Part shown: positions 12,811-28,215 of the stretch, one piece after another
How positions within the stretch are numbered: position 1 is the first letter of the stretch
How the letters are laid out: each line of letters starts with the position of its first letter
NCBI GenBank assembly: GCA_012295275.1
Contig: CM022672.1
Coordinates: forward strand, 28,520,001-28,584,000
Direction: 5' to 3'
Length of the DNA: 64,000 nucleotides
From: Chrysomallon squamiferum
Taxonomy: Eukaryota > Animalia > Mollusca
The notes under the pieces: model-generated
Told to the model about the DNA's origin: nothing
Seen by the model: the letters and a program-made list of their open reading frames with translations, nothing else
Database searches by the model: none
Program-made: the position numbers and the translations under genes

Positions 12811-15800
12811 CTTGATAAAGAATTCATTGTTAATCACATGTAAAATAGATAGTACCTGAAATAAGAACTATAGGAGGAATGGAAGTAAAAGATAAAGAAT
12901 GTTCATTTGTATGACAAAAATCTTATAATCTAAATGTTATGATTTATGATAAAATACTAAAAAAGAATAACTAAATTATAACATAGTTGTTATGATAATT
13001 ATTATTAAAAGAAATATTAATACTGAATCAAATTTATATATAAAAGTTTATTTGTTTGTGTCATTAAATAAAATCAGAATCTAGGTGTGTTAAAAAATAT
13101 GTACATTCTCAAAGTCAGTAATAACAAGTACATGTCAGATGTAAAACATTTTCTTCTATAATAATCACTGAAATGAGTATTTGTTTCAGTTTTGCTGTAC
13201 TTGATTTCTTCCATTCTGTATATCATTGCAGAAACAATCTCAAGGACCATTATTAACTGCTGTGGTTCTCTGGTTATTCAACACATACTATGTATGTTGA
13301 AGCTGTTTATATTAATGGGCTCATACACATTAATATGTGAGCCACTCTACTGAAAGAGATGCTTCTCACATAGGCTGATAAAGAGATAATCATCTGATTG
13401 TATAGTATGTCAGTTTTCATTGTTTTACAATTTGTGCATAAAACCCTCAGAATTTGATAAATCTTAGTATATATTTTTAAAGTATTTTTCTAAAGCATAC
13501 CTTTACAAGATTTAACTAATTAAGGTAAAACAATTTCAAAATTGTCTATTTAACAGATAGGCATTACCCACCATTAACTAGATGCACACATGTGATGTCA
13601 ACTTTCCTTAATGGCATACTATTTCATACTGTAATGAGTTTTGTAGTTTTGGTCATTCAGAAGCAGGATATTGCAATGAACTGCATGTAAATAATTGCTA
13701 TGACCAGCTGAGAGGAGCATGCAGATTGGCAAGGTAATAATAATTAAAAAAGAAAAGAAGAAAATTAATTTTTATTTCATTGAGGCCCAAAAAGGCAGAT
13801 CCAAAACTCTTTGAACTCAAAAATAATATGTGGAGAACATCGGTTCTTATTCATTCTTGCTGAAATACTCCCCAGACTCATTTTGTCAAGGTTTCTTAAG
13901 GTGCTTAAAAATGCATAACTGCTATGACTGAACAGAGAGTATTTTTCTCAATTAATGCTGCAGATAAATTTTGCTTTTGGCAAAGCACAAATGCTTGTAG
14001 CTCAGACATTTTTCAAGGTATCGACAAGTAGTTTATTTTTTTTAATCTTTTCTTGTTACGTGAATATCTTATTTATCAGTTTTTAAAGCAACAGCCCTTT
14101 TCAGTGGAGTGAATAAATGACTATTAGTGCCATTTCGTAAATCAGTGTGTATTTTAGAAAAAACATTAATTCAGGTTACTTCAAAGGCGATTACTGGTGT
14201 ATTCTTTTTTAATTATTTTTTGTTACAGAAAAATGAAATGTATATTGCTGGCACAATATACTATAATCATGTTATAGTTACTCCTTTAAGGACCATGATA
14301 GTTTGTTCTGCTGTTGTTATTATGATTATTATTATTATTATCATTATTACTATTATTAATAAATGTGTACTTCCACTTTGCATTTGACTATGTTAAAAAA
14401 AAAAAGACTAGTTTATTTTTTAAATATTTTTATAAAATTAATTTCAATCTTTGAGGTAAAATGTGAACTATAGAAAATAGAATGGCAGTTTTGTGGTGCT
14501 GGACATAACATTCAGAGGAAGTGGAGGTCATTCAGACTGCCCTAATTACTACAGCTTTAATTTCAGAATTGTACACATAAATATTTGCCTTTCGAATGAA
14601 GATGATTTCCATTGATTTTTCTTGAAATAAACAAAAAGTAGTACTGAAGTATTGTATGAAATATTCAGCACCTGTCATTTAATGGTAATTAGTGAAACTA
14701 CCTTGTGTGCTAAAGAAGCTGAATGACAGACTATAAAGATTGTTCTTGACTAACAGGAATATGGTAGATATTACTACACTCACTTTTTCCTGTGATGGAT
14801 GTTGGTTTTCTTTCCTCTCTCAAATACAAATGACATATTGTTACACTTTGCCTTGTTAGTGCTAAGAGAATTGGAAAGAACATGATTATATCCCTTCACA
14901 TTACATTTTCTTCTGAAATAAATTTAATTTTTTTGTGTTAGGAGCATATTATTTTAAATCCAGTTTTTGGATACCTACTTTCAGAAATTATTTTAATCTT
15001 TCATATTCTTTAAAATGATGTATTGACATTATAAACTGAGTTGAAAGAAGTGTCAAAGCAAGTTTCGTTAATGAGTATTTTGAGAGGCTTATGTGATAAA
15101 TATTCCTAATTTGGGATTGTTTGTAGTCTTGAAATTATGAAATACATGTTGATGTCAAAACCATGAGGAACACAATGAGTCAACAAGAATGTTCAGTTTT
15201 TAGAAACTTGGGACCTAATGAATATATTCTCACACTTTGCATAATTAAATAATGAAATTTATATTTTTACCTCATGTCCCTTGTACCATGGAATTGTCGA
15301 GAAAAGATTATTATTATCATTATTACATTTAATTTTTGGTATTTGTATTTAATGCCATGTTATATTACAGTAGCTTAAACATGAGGTCAAATAGAAAAGA
15401 AAGAGGGAAAGTCTGACTAAAACAAAATTATTGTTACCCTCTTTAAACTTTAAAAAAAATAATTTGTCAGCATTATCCAAACAAGATAGTTTCCTTTTCA
15501 TCCTTAATTATTATTTAATTCTGCTGTATAATGTTTTGTGGCTTTTAAAAAATATATATTTTAATAATTTTGTGTATTATTCCCAAATACATGTATATCA
15601 TGACAGATTATGAATACAAATTATCAGTTTTAAAATGAATATACACCGCCAAGATAAAAATATTTTATCAAAATTATTGTACCAAAAATTTAGGAAACTT
15701 CAAATTAATTACATAACTTTTGTAAGTTCTTTTTTTTTTTTTCTTTTTTTTTGAGTTTTAAAAAAGGTAAAAAGTAATTCGAATTTTTTTTTCTACAGAA

Positions 15801-18800
15801 TTAACATACTTAATTAACTATCAGTTAAGAAATATCAGGTGTATTACTTGTGCATTTTTTATTTTTTGCTAAGACCTGTTAAAATAATAACAGCTGGTAA
15901 AACAACATTATTGAAAACAAGAAGTTTAAAAAAATCATTTAAGATTATTAAAAGTGATATTTTTCTCTCTTAATTTAAAAAAAAAGTTATTTATTATTAT
16001 TTTTATATAACTACTGTTAGAAAAAGAATAAATTACAAAGTTTGTGTCACATTTTGTGAAACATTTTCCAAATGACAGTCATATGGTGTTCAGTTGTGTA
16101 ACAGCAGTTACTAATGGAGTAGTGTAATATAAAATACATGTTTATATTAATATTCTGTTTTCATTTGCAAAAAGATATAGATTAAATATATATATATATA
16201 TGTTGCATAAAAGTATTAAGAATGTTTTATTCTTGATGTTTTTATTTTTATTTTATTTATAATTTTTTTTTTTGTATTTCTTTTGTTAATGTGATATTTT
16301 ATTACATTCATTTATTCTCACATAAAGATATTTGTTTTGTTTTTTGATCATTTTAATACAGAGAGCTGGAATCTCAATAATGTGCAATTATTAACATTAC
16401 AATACTTGACTTGTATGTGTGGCTGACCATTCTTTTATATCTTTTATCATTCCTTTAAAACTCAGAATATTTGGAAATAGTTTATTGTCTTAGTGTTAAT
16501 TGTGAATAAATACAGGAAGAAAAAATGTTAGTACTAATTCATTGGAAATCTTACATTAAAAACATTGTTTTTAAATATTTTAGTTAATGTATCTGTATTG
16601 TATTTTATAATCAGTTTTATTATCCTGAATCTATTTTAATTACCCAAATTCTTCAAATGTTTCTTAACATGTACCAGATTGCTTTAAGAGGTGTGTTTGT
16701 CTGTGTAAGTAAAAGCAGGAGCTTTAACAGGAACTGGATGGATTACACTATATATGGATTGTTACTGCGTAAATTATTTTCAACTTGCATTTGTTACAGT
16801 GTTAGAAAGTAGTTTAAAAAAGTAGTTTATTAAATTCAGACAAACTGATCATCAGCAATGATTAGCTGCATTATATGAATGCAGCATCCTTTACCATTAT
16901 TATCATTTAATGGAAGAAAATTGCTTGTATCGTGAGAAAGGTCTTTTTTCTTCTTTATTTTTTAAATTGGAGTCGACTTGTATTTTTACCTAAATTGTAT
17001 TAAATGGTAACATTTATATGAAGAAGTTAAAATTGCTGTATATTAATGAGAATGTTGTTCATCTATGCATCAACAACAGAATGAGTCCCTAACATAAAAT
17101 CTTTCATTTTAGTGAATGTTTCATGTGTTTTTATCAGCTTCATATTACTGACAGAATGAGTGTTATGGTTACAGAACGCCACATTTTATTTGAAATAAAC
17201 TACATTCATTCAAATTTTTTGTTTTGTTTCTTCTTTCAGAAACCCAAAGATAAAATTCTGTTTTTAAATTTCATAATTTACAATTACTTTAGAAATAGCA
17301 TGTTACAGGATTAAATTAAAAACTAAATTAAAGTTACTAACCAAAAAAGGATTTCCACTTGACCTGATTTTAATTGTTTTGTTTCTAGTTAATGTTTTGA
17401 ATTTTAAACACTTCTTTTGAAAGTAAATATATGTTTGAGTTAATAATTACTGTAAGAAGCAATTAAGTGACATTTTTACATTTACTACATCAAAACAAAT
17501 AATGCTTATAACTTTACTTATTAAAATTTGAACTATATATTCATACACAATACTGCATTACACTCTATTCTGAAAACGTCAATTATTTTTACTACAGCAA
17601 AATTTAGAAATCTTCTAATACTGCTTCTGGTTACAAAATTATATATTGCCAGATCTGTTTTCTCTATGATGGAAAGATGTAATAATTTCTACTATTTTAT
17701 AAATTAAACTTTATGTATTTTACAACTGTATGTATGTTTGTGTTTATAAATTTTATGTGTTACTCTTTAAGTGATCTATCTACACTTACAGTTAAGTTAC
17801 TCAAGTGATAAATCAGGAGAACAAGTAATAATTTTAAACTAACAAATAATCAAAAGGTGTAACTAAGAAGATGGGTTTCTTTTCCACAAATCAAATAAAA
17901 ATGACAAAACAATAAGTAAAATCAATGAACTATGACATCTAAGAAGCTGAAAATGCAGAAATGCCAAGGACATTAATTAGTGTAATAAGCAAAACGAATA
18001 TCCAACCACTATAGTCATGATGGTACCAATAGATAAAACAGAAAAACCAAATGATAAACTAGGAATGTTAAATTACATGTTTATTATTATTATTCCTAAC
18101 ATAAAAATATCCAAATTAATGGTAACTAAAAAATATAAATCATTAGTTCTTTAAAACCATAAACATAATGAAAATAAGTGACATTTAAAAAAATATTTCT
18201 CACAGAAAGGTTTAATTCCAGTAAAATCCAACTTTACTTTTTAATGACTGTTTAAACTAATAATAAAATAAATAATACAAGTTAAAAAGATAAGCAAAAT
18301 CATAGCTTATTTAAATACTAAACATAGCTTTGATGATTATTACTATAAATATCAAAAGCCTGAAAAAAGAAAAAAAGAAAGAAAAAAAGAAAAGAAAATA
18401 TTGAAACAAGAACTTGTATTTCTTTCATTCATCTATAAATACTACTGAAAAATAACTCATAAATATTAAAAAATGATACATACATTATTTTTTTGCTTTC
18501 AGTGTGAAGAAAATAATATCGACAAATAACAATGTAGTTATGATTAATTTTATCCAATCAAGCAAAAAGCATAGACTATTATTATATTAGCTATATCACT
18601 GCAGTTTATAATATTTATTAATAATTACAAGTCTCTTTACTCCTTCAGTTGAAATAAATGTAACCTTTTATTTATTTGCAAATAAACAGTAATTTAGGAC
18701 ATCATGAAATGTGTTAAATACGTTATATCAGATTTTTTTTGTTTTGCAAACCATAACTGTTTCTCATTTAATTAGATTATAAAAAATAAAAATTAAATAT

Positions 18801-19195
18801 AAATGTATATTATATTGAAACAGTTTATAAATATGCTATATTTTTATTCAAAACTTTAGAGGTCTGATTTATTTTTGAAAATGTGTTCAGCAAGCCCTAG
18901 CATAACTGTGTCACTTTTGCTAACCTTTAAGACTCATAATATTTTTCTACAAAATGTAATTGCTTACAAAAAATCTTAATATGATTTGGTCAGTGATCAG
19001 TACAAATGTTCAATAGTCATATAAACAATCAAAGGCAACAAAAATCAAATTACAGCTGCTTTTTAAATGCTTCATAATGCATCCTGAATATACTGAACCT
19101 CCTGGTTAATCAAATAATAAGCAGGAGTTTAAGTTGTAAAATCATTCACTGTTTTATAATCACAAAAGAAAAACTTAATTTTTTTTAGGAGTGAA

Positions 19196-22100
19196 TCATG
19201 ACCTATATGTTTTGATGACATCTATTATAGGCTGACGACAGATTGGACAAAGTCCACCTTTCTGCTCCTTCACTGCCATGGCACAGCCATAGCACATACA
19301 CATGTGACCACATGTATAGAGAACACAGTTCACAGCTTCTTCACAACAAACTTTACACTCATTCCTCTCATCCAGTGGCAAATTGTCTTTATTTGAATCC
19401 ACTTGTGTTGCTGGCATAGACACTGCATGTTGTGATACTGTTGGCAATGTAGGTGAAGCTGCCATTGTAGGTGAGAGGGGTGTTTGAGAAGCTGGAACAC
19501 TAATGCTTCTGAAAATTTGCTGTGTTGATGGTGGAGGTGGTCTTGGTGGTGGTGTGTCTGGCAACGTGTTTGGAGACCGAGGAGGGAGAGACACAGTGAG
19601 TGCTGGATAATCAGATGTAGACCGTGATCGCGGCATGCCAGGTCGAGTAGAAATACTTGAAGAATTGGCAGCTCCTGTAAAAATATAAACAATATCATCT
19701 CTTGCATGTAATTTTATGCAATATTTACAATAGTCTGAAAAATATAATTACCTCAAAGAAAACTGAATTTAGTTGGCTACTTTACTTTATAACAAAATAG
19801 TTCAATATAGATTACATGTGTATTTTGTGTTATTTTTAATAATATCAATAACAATAATAATAATTTTTACCTGCATATAATTTTATTTAGCTTGCCTGAG
19901 AAAAGAAAAAAAAAGAAGGAAATGGTTCGAATTTGGGCATTTGTTGAAAAAGAGCCATCATTCTGTCACATGATGGTGATTATTATTTATAAACAGTGCT
20001 TTTATTATTCAAAATATTTATTTCACAAACAGTCAAACCAAAAGAAAACATTTATTACATACCAAGCAGTTTGACTTTTTGCACATTGCCATACACATCA
20101 AAGAAGGCCCATAGTGGCAGAGTTCTGTCAACATGCATCAGTGTGGATACCTTGTGATTGTTACGTGAATATCTCACTTCACCTGAAACCACAAAAACAT
20201 CATCAGAGTAAATTTTATATAGAAATATGCTGGTGAGGAGAGGTGCTGCAACTAATAATGTTTCAGTCCTGCCAGATCTATAGAGACTGAAATATATCTT
20301 GGTTTGTATGCACTGTGTTTGTGTGTGTGCATGTGTATGTGTGTGTGTGCATTTTTTATAGATAAAACTGTGTGCATGTTAAAAGCCTTGAAAATTTCTA
20401 TGGCATAAGTGAAGTAAAATTAATAATTAAAAGAATGAAGAATTTTTTTTTTTTTTTTTAAATAATATTAATAAAAACATAAAAATGAACATAATGAAAG
20501 AATAAACTCCCAAGCCATGTTCTTTTTGTTCTTTTTGTTATTATTATAATTCTTTTATTTCTTTCTTTAAAAAAAAAAAATTAGAATCAAGGCAGTTGAG
20601 AAATGTTTTATAATTCAAGATAATTTATTATATGGTTTATATATACAATCAAGGACCACCCAAACAGTGAGAAAAGAAACTCCCTGCCTACCAGCTCACT
20701 TTTTTTAGCAGCAAGGATCTTTTATACGAGCCATCTTAAAAATAGAGTAATACTTACCACTGTCTTTGTTTTAGCCTGATATAAATTTACTGGTATTTTA
20801 CAACCTATATTCAAAGAAACTATCATTTCATTTGGTTTTTTAATTATTAATTTACTTAAAATTTTTAAATTATTCTATTATTAAGAAAATATTTAGTAGA
20901 TTTAACTATTTTTAATCTGATAATTTATTAATATATTTTTTTATTATCTATTTAAAAACCGTTATTTCGTTTAGAAAAATACAAGAAGTTAAATAAAATG
21001 ATATTTATTAATGAAAGTGTGACAAAGATTGCTAATATTGTCTTTAGACCTAAATATTTATGAAACTGTGTTTCAGTAAATATATTTCTTTTCTACTATA
21101 GAGGTTGAAACTTTGTTCTTGCTGTTTTCTCAGTTGTTTTGGTACAGTAATTAGTTACTGTAATATGATGTCAGTAACAGCATATTAGCTCAATACAGAT
21201 AACTTTAAACTTATATTATCAGGTTTTAGTTAACTGATTCTGCTTTTTAAATTAGTTTACATGAAAACATTAGATATTTACTTGATTTATTTTCTTTTGT
21301 ATTATTACAAAATGTTTTGTGAATTAATACATAACTTAAACTGTATTTTCTGTTGATTTGTTATTTATCTAATGGATGAAGGTAGTATTATACAATTAAA
21401 TCACTGTCTGAGTTTGAATTCACTAATCTGCCATAGTGACTGTAAACACCTACATCACCTAGTGATAATAAGCACTGAGACAAAACAATTGGTTAAATGG
21501 CTTCTCATAGCTTTGCTTGCAGTACATAAAATGGAAGAAGCTGATTACATAATAATGTTCACTGAATTAAATAACACACACATTACAACTTACCATGATA
21601 AGAATGGTGTCGAGTGAATCTGAAATTTGAACTTTCTGATTCTTCCATGTTAAAAAGTTGTTTAGAACTTAAAAACTGACAAATTCGGTGAAAATTTCTT
21701 AATTGCTAAACACAAATCCAAAGTTAAGAAAGAACTGATTACATCAGTCTGGAGTATGGGGGATTCAGCCTTGGAATCAGAAAAAATCCCCCCCCCCCAA
21801 AAAGCTATATTATCCTGTCTTCAGGCAGACACATCTGCTTCTGTGTTTCCCATAAAATATTTATCAGTACCTGGCAGCAGATAGACTGTACCCAAGGCAA
21901 TGCTAACATTTCTTTAAGGCAAAATGCCAAATATTCATTGTAGAAAAAAATATGACGTTTCTTTAGTTTGGCTAATGTGCATATGTGTGTCTGTGTATGT
22001 GTATGTGTACATGTGTGCATATGTATTTTCAAATTATAAAATGAAATAAACAATGATATATTTGTTATTGTATATAAATATGCTTGAATAAGCTCTTTTG

Positions 22101-25100
22101 GAATATATAAACTGCAGATAGAGATTTTACTTTTTAAATGATTTTCTGAAAAAAGTTAAATATTTGATTTTACAACACAGAAACAATGCTCACATATCAC
22201 AGCACTTTGGAAAATTGCTACCAAATTACCTTAAGTCTTTAAACATATATATTTATATTTTTATTTTTAATCTTAAAAACTTCCTTTTCATCAAACCAAA
22301 AACATAGTATTTAACTATGGGAAAAAGGAAAGAACCATTTAAAAACAAAACATCATGAAAATGTTATTTTAATACTACAAGATATTCTTATATATAAGAA
22401 GCCTATAAAACTTTATTTCAATCTGATGGACAGTTTTGATTATATTTGCAATAATTAATCTCATCATGTGAGCTGATGAAAAAAAATAAGAGTTACGTAA
22501 TGAGATGTGATGCCACTTGAGTTGAATGCAATGTGCTTAGCATGGCTGCAGAGGGCAATATCAACAGCTGTGAGTATTAACAGTGGTATCAGAAAAATAA
22601 TCAGTTTCCCCCCTACCATTTTGTTTTTTCAATATACAGTAGAAATAAATACAAAGAGTAAGTGTGTTTGGACACGACTCGTCAAACTAAATTGGGAAAA
22701 TGTTTAAAAATAGGCAATTGAGAAAACCCAAATTATAAATATTAAATATAGAAATATGAAGATTATTGCTTTCACTACAATTTAAAAATATATGTTTTGA
22801 CTGTTACTCTGTAAATAATATATAAACAAGTAAATACTTTCACAATTTACAACAGTTAGCTACAGTTTAAAAACAAGTTAACATCTATCAGTTATATATT
22901 CTGTGCATGTTTGTATTTAATCCCAGCTTTAGAAAGCTAGGTATGAGAAATGTAATAAACATATTATTATTATTATTATTAATTTGATTAAAAAATTATT
23001 AATTAAAAATGAAGACATTGAATATATTTTGTTTCCACTTCACACAAAGTATAACTGCAGAAGCCAATATTTCAATGCCACTATAACATGCATGTGAAGA
23101 GGTTTTACACAACAAATATGGGTAAGTCTAGACAAATTGTCTGCTAGAATTCCCAGAGCCAGAGCAACAAAATTAGCAGATGATCTTAAAATACACAACA
23201 CTTTTGTAAGGCATTACACTTTACCTGGCCAATTTCCATACTCTACCACTTCTCTTTCAAAAACCCAAACATCATCATCCTATTATTGTAAATAATGCAC
23301 CATCCAAACATAAACAAATTCATCACTGATTCAGACACACTGCACCTAATCATAGACTATAAAATCAACATACTAAAGAATGATTGATCCTTTGTTTATC
23401 GTAATCTACTTGGATCTTTAAGGATCTGTTGCACTTTACTGAGGCATTACAGTCGACAAGCTTTATAAAAAATATAATTTCTTCTACTTTTTTAATGATA
23501 CCTTTATGATTATCTTCATAATTATAAAAAAACCACCAATGAAATATGCTTTGTTTAAACAGTCAAAAGTATATAATCTGAAGCCTGCGGAAGGAAGTAA
23601 TTTTCACATTGCTGTATTGATTAGTCATTTTAAAAATTATCACCCTGTTAATTTATAACAACTGGTTTTCAGAAGTGAGCCACCGAAAAATCTAGCTCCA
23701 CTGCATCCAGCCAACTGTTTCCCTGTGATATCACCAAAGGATATTTAGATTTAGTCTACAATAGATTAATGTTGGATACAGACAGTTCTTTTGAATGCTA
23801 TTCATTAATTGGGATAACTGATATAATTCTTAAATAAAATTGTTAACTGCTTCCATTATCAAGTTGGCTAAACTTCAGCAAATTTCTGGAGTGTTCTAAC
23901 ACATTTTGGTGCACCTATATACAGTGTGGATATTTACCATTGTTGAATACTTATTTCTATTTTGTATGTGTCTGTGTGTGTATGTATATATATACTAAGA
24001 TTATAATTTCTTTAGAAACAAAATCTTTTTATTATTATTTCACTATCGAGTAGAAATGTTAACTAGTGTAAATAATTTAGTTAACTGTTGAAAATAATCA
24101 TTGGTTACTGCAGACAATGAAAGAAAACTCAGTATTCAAAAGTGCCTCTATTTTTGGTCTGCCATTATTATGAACTATTTTTCTGACTTTTGAGTGCTTG
24201 ACTTATTCTCTGTTTCAATTCCTATCTTAATAAAAAATTGCATGAATGGAAAATTTGAAGTCTCATCTTTCACAAATATTACCTTGTATTGTAAAAAAGA
24301 AAATATTTATTTCAATCAGAAGTGTCTTGGGGTAGTGGCAAGCTCATTATATTTTGTGAACATTGCTAGGCTCTAAGAACTTTCTTCATAAAAACAGCTT
24401 CAACCAAACAAAAGTTTGATATTTGAGGTTCATTTGTGTATCTAACATGAATGTTTTTGCCATCCAAAAGTGTAGTAAACCTTGATGTAAAAAATTGTTA
24501 AAAGTCTTTTAAGTATATCTAAGCAAGGGATTCCTTTCAAAAACAAATGATTGAAAAGTGAAATATTTCCTTTTGAAAATAGAAAGATTTGAAGCTTAAC
24601 ACCTTCGATGCTGAATGATGGATATCTCCACAATGCAGTATGTATACAATAAGGTGCTGAATGACGGTGACCTCCATCATGCTTTTAAAATTGCCATGCA
24701 TTAGTGATGTGACTTACAGTGCTGTCATAGGCAATTACTGATCTACTATGGGCTTTCCTGGCATTCAGAAAATCATGGCGAGTACAAGCAGAAACTTGTT
24801 TCAATTTCGATCAAGCTGCAGAGTTGGTTGCTGGTTCAGATTCAGATTTGAGTGACTTAGATCACAAAAGTGATGAAGAAAGTTATCAGGTTCGAAATAA
24901 TAATTCTGATTGTGATCTTCTTGGAAATAATAGCGTTTCATATGAATCAGAAAACAGTAGTAGTGACAGCGACCACCCGCAAGCACACGCCCATCAGCCT
25001 GTTCCCTTTGTTTGTGGAGGGCATGGAGCTGCTAACAGGCTAATAACCCCCTAGTGAGAAACAGACAAAATTATATATGGAGGCAAGCTATTCAGCCCTC

Positions 25101-28100
25101 AGTAAGTAATCAGTTTTCTTTTAATCCTGGACTGGCACCCTTGGTTGATATACAGGACAATGAAGATGCCCTGGCTTATATTTGCCTGGTTTTCATGCCA
25201 GATTTGTTTCATATTCTTACCACTGAGACAAATCAGTATGACGATCAATATTTTGCCAATATTGTACTTTCACCAAAGGCTAGAGCACATAAATGGCATG
25301 CTGTCACAACTGAGGAGATGGAGGTCTACATGGGTTTGATACTGCTAACTGGTCTTGTTGATAGAAAGAGTCATCTTTCACTGTACTGGTCCAGGAAAAG
25401 TGTAATTCCACCCCATTTTTCAATAAAACTATGGCTAGAGACAGGCATCTATTGGTAAGTAAATTTTTACACTTCATTAATAATGATATTCACCCTCAGG
25501 ACTGTTCAGACAAGCTGTATAAAATATGATCAGGGTATCTGAAGACAAAGTAGAGGCAACTGCACACCCCTGGAGAACACATTTCCATAGATGAAGGCAT
25601 ACTAAAATGGCACGGGTGGCTCTCCTTCAGGGTCTATAACAAGGATAAACTCATCAAATACGGGATCAAATCCTATATCCTAGCTGACTCTACCAATGCT
25701 TACTGTTGGAACATGGACATTTATGTCAGCAACGGGATGACACTCAGGGAAACAGTCCTTCATCTCCTCAGGGATACATGTTTGAATTCATGGTACTCCT
25801 TGTACATAGACAATCTGTATGGAACTAAGTGAGGAACTTCTTGACAGTCACCTGGCTGGAAGAGACAGAGATCATGAAATGGACAATGGGGACATAGAAG
25901 TATAGACAATGGTAGGGTTATGACTGTTGTATCACATTTGTTGATAAATCATCAAGTTAATTAGGCATATCACTTCTCAGCATTATGTTAGTTGCAGGCT
26001 GAGTGCTTGACGAGACCTTCTGAGGTTTTGAGCAGTTTATTTATTTCTGATTTATCTAAAAATGAAAAACTTAGTCAAATGACTTCAGTTTCTCAACTGT
26101 TCTTATCACCTAAAATTAGCCTTATTTGCCATTATTTACCTTTTTAACTGATTTTTCTGCAGTTGTGGCAATGCTTTGGAAATAATATTAGAACTGATGA
26201 TGGAGTAAATGTGTTTAATAAGTATTAAAAACTGCTATTTGTCAAAAGAAAAATGATGAACCCATAAAAATGTAACATTTCAGATTTTCTAATTTATTCC
26301 TTCTAAACCTATTTCATCATCTAGATATTTTCTCTCTGATTATTTTTGTGGAGGAAACAAATGATTTTACGAACTGTGGCTTCACATATCAATATGAATG
26401 TACTTTTCAGAGTTATGAACATAATTACAATGAATACTGGTTACACATATTATGAAATAAGATTTGTCAGAGACAATCTTACTTCAGATTGGGTCATAAA
26501 AAATGAGATTTCTTCATAATGGCAAAGCTGTGCAAACTGGACCAAAAAATTAAAAATTAAAAAACTCATTAATTCTGGATTTATCTGACAACTTTGAATT
26601 TTTTATCACAAAAATTAGGATAAAAATTATAGTTAGGAGTCAGTGAAAATTATTGTGATGGCTTTTCTGGAATCATAAAACAACTGTTCCTTATTTGAAT
26701 CAAACAATTTGCAGGTTTTAAATGGTATCCAATTAAAGTAAATAGCAATTCTGGTTTATACTTTGTTCTGAAACATCACTACCCATTTTCAGAAGCTAAA
26801 TATCCAGATTAAAGAACAACAAACAGTAGGGTATTTTTTTGGCAAATCAGCCTTGCATACATGGTTTCCAGATTAATGAAGTCTGAATTATTGTGTGATT
26901 GCTTGCATGCATGTATGTGTGCACTATAAACAATAAGAACAAAAAGAAAAAGAAAAAAATCAGTAAACAAACTATAAGTGTGAGATTATGACTAATATTT
27001 ACCTTCGTTAGTAAGGTAGAAGCTAAGTTCATCTGCTAGGTCAGGACTGCGGCACACATCTTTATTGACAACCCAGTATTCCTGCCGATCCAGCAGCAAG
27101 TCAGAATCATCAGGCAAGTCTATGGCAGACAGTGTTGTTGGGTCACAGGCTGTAAGACCAAAAGCCAGACCTCCAATGTAAGATCGGTCAACACCAAGTA
27201 TCTGTATCACAACTTTCTCACCACACCGCAGAGGTCTTGATGTAAACACATAAGCATTGCAATATTCATCAGTCAGTCTGCAGGCAACTGTATTGTCCAA
27301 TGATAAACGGATATTTCTACCACATTTGTCATGAAATGTCATTGGCACAAAATTGACATCAGCATGGAAACGGACAGGGGGCAGTGCTGCTGCAATGCTT
27401 TCATTCAGTGTGAAAGACGTAAGAGAGAAATGTTCTTGTTCTAGTGTTACTGAAGACTGAGACAGTCTTGAAGGAGAACATGTCATGTTATTCTGAGGTA
27501 ACACTGGAAAAGACAAAAATAAAAAAATTGATTAAATATTTACATTCTAGATAGTTTAAATGAAAAAATAAAAAAAAATAAAAATAAAATAAAAGAACAA
27601 ATTAATTCTTCTATTAATATTTAGTTTTTGTTGTAAAAAGCAATGAAACAGGAAATAATGTTAGTATCATACTGTCAGGTTATAGGCAGTTACTTAACAT
27701 ATTTAGAGACAAATCACCTACTACCTACCCTGGTATTCTGCTTGTTGAAATTCAACAGCCACAGTGTTGCCATAGATATCAAGTAATGCCCACAGTGGTG
27801 ATGCTGTGTTAACACCACTGAAGAAGATACCTTTTTCCTCCCCATTCATGCCGTACATTACATCACCAGCGCGGTTTACATAGAAATGGAGATTGCACTG
27901 TGTATTAGCATATCGTTCAGACAGAGCCTGCAATTTAGAAAGTAATCATACATTACAAGCCAGACATAGTTATGTAATAAAAAAACTGAACAAAGATAAA
28001 TATATTTCAAATATCTCTTATCCAAAATCAGTTGGGACAGTAAATAGACTACATCTTATCTGTAAGAAAAACATAAAATATATGCAAATCAAATAAAATT

Positions 28101-28170
28101 GAAAATATTTAGAAAATTGGTGTTTTAACATCTCCTAAATTTTAAGTATTTTGTTTTCAAGTAGCCATTT

Positions 28171-28215
<45 letters not shown>

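Noticed and set aside
13647-14020. Exon-like open segments downstream of ASB (FGHSEAGYCNELH..., INFAFGKAQML...)
   Set aside because: They cannot be joined into a coherent gene (a ~50-nt intron with a GAG acceptor, no start), and I recognise no homology. Likely 3' UTR or intergenic sequence.
19159-19164. K-box (TGTGAT, miR-2 family seed) about 30 nt after the neur stop codon
   Set aside because: A single 6-mer in AT-rich sequence is expected by chance, and I saw no accompanying Brd or GY boxes.
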